The position numbers and the translations under genes are program-made. Of a stretch of DNA of 29,195 nt, positions 1 through 8,884 are shown piece after piece (the stretch's first letter is position 1; every line of letters starts with the position of its first letter). Location: NCBI GenBank assembly GCA_050331735.1, contig JBHJGN010000025.1, forward strand, positions 1 through 29,195. Direction: 5' to 3'. The notes under the pieces are model-generated. The model saw only the letters and a list, made by a program, of their open reading frames with translations. It ran no database searches and was not told where the DNA came from. The stretch comes from Cyanophyceae cyanobacterium. GTDB taxonomy: Bacteria > Cyanobacteriota > Cyanobacteriia > Cyanobacteriales > JBHJGN01.

Positions 1-16
1 TGCAGGTGTAATAGGT

Positions 17-2488
17 ATGTTTGAACGCTTTACAGAAAAAGCCATTAAGGTAATCATGCTTGCCCAGGAGGAAGCCCGCCGCCTCGGTCATAATTTCGTA
101 GGCACAGAGCAAATTCTTCTGGGTTTGATTGGAGAAGGCACAGGAGTCGCTGCCAAAGTCCTAAAATCGATGGGAGTTAATCTCAAAGATGCTCGGATTG
201 AGGTCGAGAAAATTATCGGTCGCGGCTCCGGATTTGTGGCCGTCGAAATTCCCTTTACTCCCAGAGCAAAAAGGGTACTGGAACTCTCCCTAGAAGAAGC
301 TCGTCAACTCGGACACAACTATATTGGGACAGAACACTTACTTCTTGGTCTCATTCGAGAAGGGGAAGGAGTGGCGGCGAGAGTTCTCGAAAATTTAGGA
401 GTCGACCTTTCAAAGGTACGGACCCAAGTCATTAGAATGCTTGGAGAATCTGCCGAAGTGGCGGCAGGTTCTAGCAGTCAGGGACGGACCAAAACCCCGA
501 CTCTCGACGAATTCGGCTCGAACCTCACGCAGTTGGCGTCAGAAGGAAAACTCGATCCGGTCGTTGGCAGAGTCAAAGAAATTGAGCGCGTGATCCAGAT
601 CTTGGGTCGCCGCACCAAGAATAACCCCGTCTTGATCGGGGAACCCGGCGTGGGTAAAACGGCGATCGCCGAAGGGCTGGCCCAGCGCATCGCCAATAAG
701 GATATCCCCGATATCTTAGAAGAAAAGCGCGTTGTCACCCTTGACATTGGTTTGCTGGTCGCTGGCACAAAGTACCGTGGTGAGTTTGAGGAGCGCCTCA
801 AAAAAATCATGGACGAAATCCGCCAAGCCGGTAACGTGGTTTTAGTCATTGATGAGGTTCATACCCTCATTGGTGCTGGAGCCGCCGAAGGAGCCATTGA
901 TGCGGCCAACATCCTCAAACCCGCTCTAGCTCGAGGCGAACTACAGTGTATCGGGGCCACCACGCTCGATGAGTATCGCAAACACATTGAGCGCGATGCC
1001 GCCCTAGAGCGTCGCTTCCAGCCCGTGATGGTAGGCGAGCCGAGCGTAGAGGAAACGATTGAAATTCTCTACGGGTTGCGCGAGCGCTACGAACAGCACC
1101 ACAAGCTGAAAATTTTAGACGAAGCGTTAGATGCAGCCGCGAAGCTATCGGATCGCTACATCTCGGATCGCTATCTCCCCGACAAAGCCATCGACCTAGT
1201 GGATGAAGCCGGATCGCGGGTGCGCTTGATTAACTCTCAACTGCCGCCAGCGGCTAAGGAGCTGGACAAAGAGCTGCGCCAGATTCTCAAGCAAAAGGAC
1301 GATGCCGTAAGAGCGCAGGACTTTGACAAAGCCGGTGAGCTACGCGATCGCGAGATGGAAATCAAAGCCGAAATTCGGGCGATCGCTTCGGCGAAAAAAG
1401 GAGAAGCGGACGGCGAAGACGCGAGTCCGGTGGTGGATGCGGAGGAAATCGCCCACATCGTCGCTTCCTGGACCGGGGTTCCTGTCAACAAGCTCACCGA
1501 GTCTGAGTCTGAGAAGCTGCTGCATATGGAAGACACCCTACACCAGCGTCTCATCGGTCAAGAGGATGCGGTAAAAGCGGTTTCTCGCGCCATTCGTCGG
1601 GCACGAGTAGGATTAAAAAATCCCAACCGACCGATTGCTAGCTTCATCTTCTCTGGTCCTACTGGCGTTGGTAAAACCGAGTTGACCAAAGCATTAGCCG
1701 CTTATTTCTTCGGTTCGGAAGAAGCGATGATTCGCCTCGATATGTCCGAGTACATGGAGCGCCATACGGTGTCTAAACTCATTGGTTCTCCGCCGGGATA
1801 CGTGGGCTATAACGAAGGCGGTCAGCTCACCGAAGCCGTGCGTCGTCGTCCCTATACCGTCGTTCTCTTCGACGAAATTGAGAAGGCGCACCCCGACGTC
1901 TTCAACATGCTGCTGCAAATTCTCGAGGATGGTCGTCTGACCGATGCCAAAGGTCGCACCGTCGATTTCAAGAACACTCTTTTGATTATGACCTCCAATA
2001 TTGGTTCCAAGGTCATTGAAAAGGGTGGCGGCGGCTTAGGATTCGAGTTTGCGGAAGACCAATCCGAGTCTCAGTACAACCGGATTCGTTCCTTGGTTAA
2101 CGAAGAGTTGAAGAACTACTTCCGTCCTGAGTTCCTCAACCGTCTCGACGAAATCATTGTCTTCCGTCAGCTCTCCAAGGAAGAGGTCAAGGATATCGCC
2201 GAAATCCTGCTCAAGGAAGTCTTTGCTCGACTCACTGAGAAGGAAATTCAGCTAGAGGTCACTGACAAGTTCAAGGAGCGCCTCGTCGAAGAGGGATACA
2301 ACCCAGCTTACGGGGCTAGACCGCTTCGCCGAGCTATTATGCGTCTGCTCGAGGATGTTCTAGCTGAAGAAATTCTTTCTGGTCGCGTTGGTGAAGGAGA
2401 TGTTGCCACCGTCGATATCGACGAGGAAGGCAAGGTCAAGGTCTTCAAGAGCGAAGAACGAGAGCTCCTGCCCCAGGCAGCCGAGTAG
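17..2488 (+). CDS. clpC: ATP-dependent Clp protease ATP-binding subunit ClpC
   Basis: N-terminus [37 protein letters not shown] (Clp repeat domain); two Walker A motifs GEPGVGKT and GPTGVGKT; Walker B VIDEVH and LFDEIEKAH; 823 aa. Confidence 0.98.
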   Translation: MFERFTEKAIKVIMLAQEEARRLGHNFVGTEQILLGLIGEGTGVAAKVLKSMGVNLKDARIEVEKIIGRGSGFVAVEIPFTPRAKRVLELSLEEARQLGHNYIGTEHLLLGLIREGEGVAARVLENLGVDLSKVRTQVIRMLGESAEVAAGSSSQGRTKTPTLDEFGSNLTQLASEGKLDPVVGRVKEIERVIQILGRRTKNNPVLIGEPGVGKTAIAEGLAQRIANKDIPDILEEKRVVTLDIGLLVAGTKYRGEFEERLKKIMDEIRQAGNVVLVIDEVHTLIGAGAAEGAIDAANILKPALARGELQCIGATTLDEYRKHIERDAALERRFQPVMVGEPSVEETIEILYGLRERYEQHHKLKILDEALDAAAKLSDRYISDRYLPDKAIDLVDEAGSRVRLINSQLPPAAKELDKELRQILKQKDDAVRAQDFDKAGELRDREMEIKAEIRAIASAKKGEADGEDASPVVDAEEIAHIVASWTGVPVNKLTESESEKLLHMEDTLHQRLIGQEDAVKAVSRAIRRARVGLKNPNRPIASFIFSGPTGVGKTELTKALAAYFFGSEEAMIRLDMSEYMERHTVSKLIGSPPGYVGYNEGGQLTEAVRRRPYTVVLFDEIEKAHPDVFNMLLQILEDGRLTDAKGRTVDFKNTLLIMTSNIGSKVIEKGGGGLGFEFAEDQSESQYNRIRSLVNEELKNYFRPEFLNRLDEIIVFRQLSKEEVKDIAEILLKEVFARLTEKEIQLEVTDKFKERLVEEGYNPAYGARPLRRAIMRLLEDVLAEEILSGRVGEGDVATVDIDEEGKVKVFKSEERELLPQAAE

Positions 2489-2512
2489 AAAACTAACTCA
2501 TTCAGCTTCATG

Positions 2513-2550
2513 AAAAAGGTAGTAAGGCATATCCTTGCTACCTTTTTTTT
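2513..2550 (+). terminator. Rho-independent terminator after clpC
   Basis: AAAAAGGTAGTAAGG-catat-CCTTGCTACC-TTTTTTTT: stem with one G-U pair followed by a T8 tract, about 25 nt after the stop. Confidence 0.9.
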
Positions 2551-2650
2551 AGAGTCCTGAAGATAACAAATTGTGAGAATTAGGTGAAGAGAGGGTTGAA
2601 GATATATTTCTCAATCTATACTTAAATAAACTTTAAACACAACAAAGTTA

Positions 2651-3766
2651 ATGATTAGAGTCGCAACAAGGCTGTTAATTGTTACAGTTGAAACCATTAT
2701 CGCCTTGTTTTTGGGGATGGCGATCGCTCACTTAGGTCTGGGGAGTGTCGCTTGGATCTTTGGGGGAATGGGGGCTGGCGCAATCGTTTTTAGAATCTAT
2801 CGGATGCTGAGGCGGCACCCGCTTAAACCGAACAAAATCGGGAGAAAAATCGGCCAGGGAATGGTCGGTTTATCGATTGGTTTTGCGATCGCGAATAGCA
2901 ATTTACTGGCGGCTTCTTCCCGATTGCCGCTGTTTATTTTTCTGACTCTATTTATGCTGCTCTGTGGCAGCGGGATTGGCTATGTTTATGCTCGCATCAG
3001 CCATACTAATTTACTGAACGCGATGCTAGCTACCGTCCCTGGCGGTGTCGCCACCATGTCTAGCATTGCTGCCGATTACGGAAGAAATGTGTCTGTTGTC
3101 GCATCGGTGCAAACTCTGCGCATTACGAGTGTCATTCTAATTATTCCTCTCATTGCTGGAACGTCGGGGGCTGCTCACCCAACGACATTTTCTTTAGGAG
3201 ATGCAGTGGTTGAGCGCGATCCTACTTATTTATTAGTCCTCACGCTCTCGATTTTGGCAGCATGGCTAGGGGTAACATTAGCGAGGCAGTTCCGCATTCC
3301 TGGGGCTTCCTTTTTCGGCAGCCTCGTAGTCGGGATTGGATTCAGCTATGGAATCGGCACTGCTTTTCCCGAGCTTAACTTCACGCCGCCTCCGGTGATG
3401 AGTTTGATGGGTCAGCTATTACTAGGGATGACGGTTGGTGAAGCCTGGAGTAATTGCGCAGAGCTTCAGAAAAAAAATTTGACCTATGCCATGATTCCGG
3501 TCGCTCTGACTATTGCCAGCGGATTTGTAGCGGCCACTGTGGCGATGTCGCTTACTTCTTGGGATTGGCTCACCTGTCTGCTCGTGACAGCGCCTGGAGG
3601 TTCAACAGAAATGATCTTAGTGGCCCTCGCCTTAGACCATCACCCGGAAATTGTTACTGTCGCTCATTCTGTCCGACTGATGGCGCTTAACCTATCCTTA
3701 CCGTTGTGGATATTTTTATTTCGCTACTGGGAGAAGCAGACGATTGCCAGCAAACATCAGTCATAG
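2651..3766 (+). CDS. AbrB-family (putative ammonia monooxygenase-like, AidB-regulator type) polytopic membrane protein
   Basis: 371 aa, very hydrophobic, internally duplicated halves with family motifs ATVPGGVATM...VQTLR and VTAPGGSTEMILVA...AHSVR. Confidence 0.8.
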   Translation: MIRVATRLLIVTVETIIALFLGMAIAHLGLGSVAWIFGGMGAGAIVFRIYRMLRRHPLKPNKIGRKIGQGMVGLSIGFAIANSNLLAASSRLPLFIFLTLFMLLCGSGIGYVYARISHTNLLNAMLATVPGGVATMSSIAADYGRNVSVVASVQTLRITSVILIIPLIAGTSGAAHPTTFSLGDAVVERDPTYLLVLTLSILAAWLGVTLARQFRIPGASFFGSLVVGIGFSYGIGTAFPELNFTPPPVMSLMGQLLLGMTVGEAWSNCAELQKKNLTYAMIPVALTIASGFVAATVAMSLTSWDWLTCLLVTAPGGSTEMILVALALDHHPEIVTVAHSVRLMALNLSLPLWIFLFRYWEKQTIASKHQS

Positions 3767-3844
3767 TCTCAGAGATTTTTTCTATACATCAGTCGGGTAG
3801 CGTTATTAAATTATTTTGAATATTAGCGACAGACTGACTAATTA

Positions 3845-3887
3845 GTAACGAAGACTACTAATTATCTAAAGAGCAAGAAGATAAAGT
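3845..3887 (+). promoter_or_regulatory. Putative NtcA-activated (class II) promoter
   Basis: GTA-acgaagac-TAC (3845-3858) inside a perfect 9-bp inverted repeat TAATTAGTA-N8-TACTAATTA; 23 nt downstream is TAAAGT (TAN3T -10 box, 3882-3887); about 120 nt upstream of the tautomerase ATG. Confidence 0.65.
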
Positions 3888-4004
3888 ATTAACAAAGGCA
3901 ACGGCAGCAATTTTAAGATCAGACTCTAGCTTAGTGAATAGTTTTGATCGGTGCTGTCAGGAAGATAAATATTGAGTTCTGCTCAAGTCTAAGGAAGTAA
4001 ATCA

Positions 4005-4238
4005 ATGCCGTTTGTTACCATTCAAATTGCTAAAGGACATTCTGTTGAACAAAAGCGTAAGCTTGCTCAAGCCGTCACCGATACTCTTGTTGCTAGTCTA
4101 GGCACAAAACCGGAATGGGTAACTGTTCATATTGACGAATTTGAGCGCGAAAATTGGGCCGTTGGCGGCAAATTGCACGTTGATAAGCATTCAGGCAGAC
4201 ATGGCGAAACCACGGGTGGGGACCAGAAAATTAGCTAA
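4005..4238 (+). CDS. 4-oxalocrotonate tautomerase-family protein
   Basis: M-P start (catalytic Pro1), GHSVEQKRKLAQAVTD helix and ENWAVGG motif; AAGGAAG RBS upstream. Confidence 0.9.
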   Translation: MPFVTIQIAKGHSVEQKRKLAQAVTDTLVASLGTKPEWVTVHIDEFERENWAVGGKLHVDKHSGRHGETTGGDQKIS

Positions 4239-4253
4239 AGAGGAAAGAAAATC

Positions 4254-4577
4254 ATGGAATTGACATCAACAGATGCTGAAACACTGGCGCTCAATTTCTT
4301 TCTAGAAGATTGGGAAGTTCCAGAAGGCGATCGCGACTTTTTTATTCCCCTTGATTCTCGCACTGTAGAGGAGCGCTGGTATGTGGTCGAGATTGGCGTC
4401 GAAGGCTTGCCGGATAAGTGGGTGATCCAAGTCTACGATGAAACCAAAGATTGCGATCCTTGTTTTACCTTTGTTTCTCCAATTAAAGCTTCAGAAAGCG
4501 AGACAGGATTAGAAGAAATGCCAGAAAGCATTGCTAAAATTCTCCGATCGGAACGGCAAAGTTTAGTAATTAGTTAG
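4254..4577 (+). CDS. Acidic hypothetical protein with CDPC motif (paralog A)
   Basis: 107 aa ORF with GAGGAAAG RBS, 15 nt after the tautomerase stop; alignable over its full length with the next ORF. Confidence 0.85.
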   Translation: MELTSTDAETLALNFFLEDWEVPEGDRDFFIPLDSRTVEERWYVVEIGVEGLPDKWVIQVYDETKDCDPCFTFVSPIKASESETGLEEMPESIAKILRSERQSLVIS

Positions 4578-4621
4578 TCGTTAGTTGTTAAAAAAGTAGA
4601 AAACCCAAGGATAAAGAGCTA

Positions 4622-4930
4622 ATGATTAACTCAACTGAAGCAGAAAAATTAGCTTTTGAATTTTTAACGAGCGAGTGGCATGTTCCAGCAGAAGACCGAA
4701 ATTGGTTTACAGTTCTGTCTACACGGACTTTAGGAGAAGATGGATATGATGTAGAAATTGGGATCGATGGGTTTCCTGACCGCTGGATTGTGGAGGTTTA
4801 CGATACGGGAAAATGTGAACCTTGTTATGAATTTTCTTCACCGATTCGAGGTTCTGAAAGCAACAGCGATTTAGAAGAGTTGCCCGACTGGATTGCGCAA
4901 GTACTCATGGCAGAAAGAAAGCAGAGATAG
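4622..4930 (+). CDS. Acidic hypothetical protein with CEPC motif (paralog B)
   Basis: 102 aa; about half of the residues identical to 4254..4577 by manual alignment (e.g. VEIG.[ED]G.PD.W...VYD, C.PC..F.SPI..SES). Confidence 0.85.
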   Translation: MINSTEAEKLAFEFLTSEWHVPAEDRNWFTVLSTRTLGEDGYDVEIGIDGFPDRWIVEVYDTGKCEPCYEFSSPIRGSESNSDLEELPDWIAQVLMAERKQR

Positions 4931-4992
4931 TTATTGGTCATTCGTCATTAGTCACTGGTTTTTAGGAAAAGGACGAAGAAGGACAAAAAACG

Positions 4993-5613
4993 ATGAAGGC
5001 AGATTGGTTGGTAACAGAAAATGGGGTTTGCTCTCTGTGCAAATCTGTACGGGAGTGGGATTTATTAGCTGAAGAATATCGACTGTATCGATTTTTAACG
5101 GAAGTGGAAGATATGACGAGAGTATCCGCTAGCGAAGGAATTGATGAAGAAAGTACTTTGTCGGGACTGCGAAGGCTCGTTAGGAAACTAATTATTAACT
5201 GCTATACCGTTAAAACTCGCCTCCCCGAACCTAATCAAAAAACGGGAATCTCTGTGGTCATGCTATACGATGAATTGGGTTTTCCGATGACGATTCAGAC
5301 AGAGATGAATTTACAGGGGACGAACTCACCGATCCACAATCACGGCACCTGGGGCATCGTTATGGTGTTGCAGGGTAAACAGAAAAATACTTTTTGGAAG
5401 CGCAATCCGTCTGCTGAGTTTCCTGGCAGAATTGAGCGCGTCGGCGAGAGAATTATTGAACCTGGAGAACTTATTAGCTTTACGACTGGAGCAATTCACA
5501 GCATAGAAGCCGTCGGAGACGAACCAACGGTCACGTTTAATTTGTATGGGGAAACTCACGGTAGTAAAAGATATCAGTTCGATCTTGATAAGCAGACTGC
5601 TAAGCATTTTTAG
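4993..5613 (+). CDS. Cupin-fold metalloenzyme, cysteine/thiol dioxygenase-like
   Basis: SPIHNHGTWG (HxH) and GAIHSI third His, VTFNLYG C-terminal motif; N-terminal CSLC. Confidence 0.8.
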   Translation: MKADWLVTENGVCSLCKSVREWDLLAEEYRLYRFLTEVEDMTRVSASEGIDEESTLSGLRRLVRKLIINCYTVKTRLPEPNQKTGISVVMLYDELGFPMTIQTEMNLQGTNSPIHNHGTWGIVMVLQGKQKNTFWKRNPSAEFPGRIERVGERIIEPGELISFTTGAIHSIEAVGDEPTVTFNLYGETHGSKRYQFDLDKQTAKHF

Positions 5614-5687
5614 TTTGAAGAGTTAGTCGTGTTTTTCGAGCTTGACAAGCAAATTGCTAAGCAGGTTTAGCTTTAAGGGTTAGTGGT
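5578..5687 (+). repeat. Imperfect tandem duplication (57-bp period) of the cupin gene 3' end
   Basis: 5578-5630 versus 5635-5687: 43/53 identical by manual comparison; they translate as FDLDKQTAKHF* and FELDKQIAKQV*. Confidence 0.85.
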
Positions 5688-7200
5688 TATTCGTATTTAT
5701 GGTGACGGAGAGAATAGAGTACAAGTAACGTTGAACCATCAGCAATCAACCAATAATCCTTTTTTTGATCTTGATTACGAACTGGCTTTAGAATCTTTAG
5801 GCCAGGAATTTTATGATCGCACCCAGCCGGCTCGTTTCTGTCAGCTTAACCTACGCTTTCGTAATGAGCGCCTGTTGCCAATTCTTGGTTTAGACCCAAA
5901 GACAGTTACTGATGAGCATTGGCTTGATTTTGGCGGTCGTTTTCGAGGGAGACAATCTTGTTTAGCCTTACGCTATCACGGTTATCAGTTCGGTCAATAT
6001 AATCCTTATTTGGGCGATGGTCGGGGTTTTCTCTACGGACAGGTGCGCTTAACGGATGGGATCTACGATTTTGGGACGAAAGGATCGGGTCAAACGCCTC
6101 ATTCTCAGTCTCGGGATGGCCGCCTGTCGCTTAAAGGAGGGGTGCGGGAAGTTCTGGCGGCGGAGGCGCTGCATCGGTCGGGAATCAGGACATCTCGCTG
6201 TTTAAGTTTAATAGAGACTGAAGCCTTGACAAGGAACGGAGAGACGGTGCGCGGATCGGTGATGGTGCGCTTTAGTCGTTCTCATCTGCGCTTTGGCACG
6301 TTTGAACGTTTAGAGTATTACGATCGCCCCGATCTTATTGAGATACTATTAAACCACGTTATTCAATACTATTATCCTCATCTATGGGGGCAAAAAGAGG
6401 TCTACCTTCGCTTCTATGCTGAATTAGTCCAACGCATCGCTCAACTGGTAGCGCAGTGGATGGCGGTGGGGTTTTGTCATGGTGTGCTCAACACCGATAA
6501 TATGTCGATTACAGGCGAGAGCTTCGACTACGGTCCTTATGCCTTTATTGATACCTACAACCCATCCTTCACGGCGGCGGATTTTGATCGCCAGGGACGC
6601 TACAGCTACCGCAGTCAGCCGAGTGTCTGTCGCTGGAATTTGGAGATGTTGCAGCGTCCTCTCTCTGCTGTCATTCCTATTGCAGAAATGGAGGCGATTT
6701 TAGAAAGTTTTCCTGAACTTTATACTCAATATTACCACCAGCACCTGCTGAATAAACTGGGATTTGATTGCTTATCGTTTTTAGAAACGGAAGAATTAAT
6801 CGATCTGACGCTACAGTTTTTGTTTTTAACTAAAGTTGGTTATCATCAGTTTTTTAGCCAACTCAGACAACAATTTTCTGTGTGCTGGCGCGAGAACCCG
6901 GACCTGATTTTGCAGGCGTTGGAACCCTTAGTGTCTGGAGAGGAAGTGGCTATTTTGAAGCGTTGGTGCTGGCTATATCATCAGCTATTGCTCGGGCGAT
7001 CGCCTGTTGAACTTAAAAACATTGCCCAACGATTGCAGCAATTTAATCCTCTCGCCGCGTTGGTTAACTCGGAAATTGAGATGATTTGGCAAGCGATTAG
7101 CGAACGCGATAACTGGCAGCCATTTGGCGACCTGGTTAATCTGATTCAGTCTGAAGAACCGAGAAGCGAGCGCACTTCTAGAATGATAACCAGAAGGTGA
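5683..7200 (+). CDS. selO: Protein adenylyltransferase SelO/YdiU family (true start possibly TTG at 5731)
   Basis: YHGYQFGQYNPYLGDGRG, KGSGQTP, HLRFGTFE and the catalytic HGVLNTDNMSITGESFDYGPY motif. Confidence 0.93.
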   Translation: MVIRIYGDGENRVQVTLNHQQSTNNPFFDLDYELALESLGQEFYDRTQPARFCQLNLRFRNERLLPILGLDPKTVTDEHWLDFGGRFRGRQSCLALRYHGYQFGQYNPYLGDGRGFLYGQVRLTDGIYDFGTKGSGQTPHSQSRDGRLSLKGGVREVLAAEALHRSGIRTSRCLSLIETEALTRNGETVRGSVMVRFSRSHLRFGTFERLEYYDRPDLIEILLNHVIQYYYPHLWGQKEVYLRFYAELVQRIAQLVAQWMAVGFCHGVLNTDNMSITGESFDYGPYAFIDTYNPSFTAADFDRQGRYSYRSQPSVCRWNLEMLQRPLSAVIPIAEMEAILESFPELYTQYYHQHLLNKLGFDCLSFLETEELIDLTLQFLFLTKVGYHQFFSQLRQQFSVCWRENPDLILQALEPLVSGEEVAILKRWCWLYHQLLLGRSPVELKNIAQRLQQFNPLAALVNSEIEMIWQAISERDNWQPFGDLVNLIQSEEPRSERTSRMITRR

Positions 7201-7293
7201 GAGCGATCGCATCCTTTGGCAATCCCTTTCCGTCACGCACGGTAAATAGAACGCAATAAAAATCTCCTCAGTGGGCAGTAATACAATGATTCT

Positions 7294-7580
<287 letters not shown>

Positions 7581-7727
7581 CCAAAGCTCCGTTCACAATC
7601 TTCAGCAGCAGAGTTTGTTGGTTAATGTTCAAGGCAGTACTCCCACTCAAGTTGTGGGAAATTTTTAACTCTCGGTTCCGAACTAGCTAGCATCAATGGG
7701 AAGCTGGCAAACCGGATAACGGAAATT

Positions 7728-8702
7728 TTACCAATGGGCCGCAATGAGTTCGTGGATTTTTGAACTACTCCAATATTTGTTGTGGACAGAAGAAACGTGA
7801 TCTCCTACATCCGTATAGATGTCTTTAACAACCGGAGAGTCTTGCATCAGTAAACTCGCAGGCCAGGAAATGATATCATCTTTGTCCCAAAAGTTGATCC
7901 AACGCGCTCCCTGGAGAGGAGACACAAATACTTCCGGATTGCGGTCTAATCCGTAATGACTCGGATTTAGCTTGTGACCACTCGCGAGAATTTCCACTAC
8001 AGCATTACTGCGAAATGCCAGCATCGATAGGGGAGAACCAAAGGTGATCAGTCGGCGCACCCGCAGTTTTTTGTTTTCAGCCAACTGACGCAGTTTCTTA
8101 AAATCGCTCATTGTGTCTGTGGCAGTAATAGGCTGCTTGTCTTCAATAAACTCGTGTTTGCTATAAATTTCTGGCGGGGAAAAGAGATAGAAAAGAAGGT
8201 CAAACGCAACCACCGAGCCAGCGCTGTGAGCAATCAATGTGAGAGAAATTGGCTCACCCTGCTCCAACGGTTGATGAATCCGTTGCAAAATCTGAGAGGC
8301 AACAGTAGCACGAATGCTATTTTTACCGTCTCTAGACGTGTAGTAGAACATATCGGAAAATCCTTTGATCATCAGTGTTCGCATGGTGAAGAGCAGTAAG
8401 CGAAACGGATTAAGGGTTGGATCAGCCGCATCTTTGATTTCTGGTAAGATATCATTGGCAAATTGCTCTTGAGCTTGTGCTAATAAGCGATCGCCCTCAG
8501 GAGCAGGATGGTTATCATAATTCCATCCCCATTCCACGTCGCAGCGGTTGGCAGTTTCCCATTTTGCTCGGTTAGGAAACTGCTTGTCTACTGCTTTGAC
8601 TCCATCATGGAGTTTGTCATAGGTTTCTTTGTGCTTCCGATTGTGGTCTTGCGAGACCCCATGAATATAAACTAAGTATTCGTGCATTGAGTTAGACAAC
8701 AT
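7728..8702 (-). CDS. Putative alpha/beta-hydrolase (lipase/esterase-like) of unknown substrate; start at ATG 8702 or 8687
   Basis: YLVYIHGV oxyanion region, LIAHSAGS nucleophile elbow, LITFGSP, WINFWDKDDIIS (Asp) and C-terminal VHNKYW (His). Confidence 0.7.
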   Translation of the reverse strand: MLSNSMHEYLVYIHGVSQDHNRKHKETYDKLHDGVKAVDKQFPNRAKWETANRCDVEWGWNYDNHPAPEGDRLLAQAQEQFANDILPEIKDAADPTLNPFRLLLFTMRTLMIKGFSDMFYYTSRDGKNSIRATVASQILQRIHQPLEQGEPISLTLIAHSAGSVVAFDLLFYLFSPPEIYSKHEFIEDKQPITATDTMSDFKKLRQLAENKKLRVRRLITFGSPLSMLAFRSNAVVEILASGHKLNPSHYGLDRNPEVFVSPLQGARWINFWDKDDIISWPASLLMQDSPVVKDIYTDVGDHVSSVHNKYWSSSKIHELIAAHW

Positions 8703-8846
8703 AAAATTAGAGTGACAAATTGTGACTGCAATCTGCAAAAGTGCCAGCCTGAAGCTTCCAATTATCACTCGAAGATACGCTATCCTTTCTATGCAGGTTA
8801 TCGAGACTTGTAAGAAGACTTTACACACTCGACGCTACGGGTGTCC

Positions 8847-8884
8847 TTAGTCGTTGGTCCGAATGACCAAGGACCAACGACTAA
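8847..8884 (-). terminator. Perfect 14-bp stem-loop overlapping the amidase stop codon
   Basis: TTAGTCGTTGGTCC (8847-8860), 10-nt loop, GGACCAACGACTAA (8871-8884); no clear U tract, so it may be a stabiliser rather than a terminator. Confidence 0.55.

Noticed and set aside
478..2511. Short antisense/alternate-frame ORFs inside clpC (and likewise inside the amidase, modBC, nifE, nifK and nifD)
   Set aside because: Fully overlap strongly conserved genes and show no motifs; expected shadow ORFs.
5578..5687. Tandem repeat as a mini CRISPR array
   Set aside because: Only two adjacent diverged copies, no spacers, no cas genes; it matches coding sequence of the cupin 3' end.
8809..8825. TGTAA-N7-TTACA palindrome upstream of the hydrolase as an NtcA site
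   Set aside because: Spacing is GTA-N9-TAC rather than N8; it may bind another factor but is unsupported.
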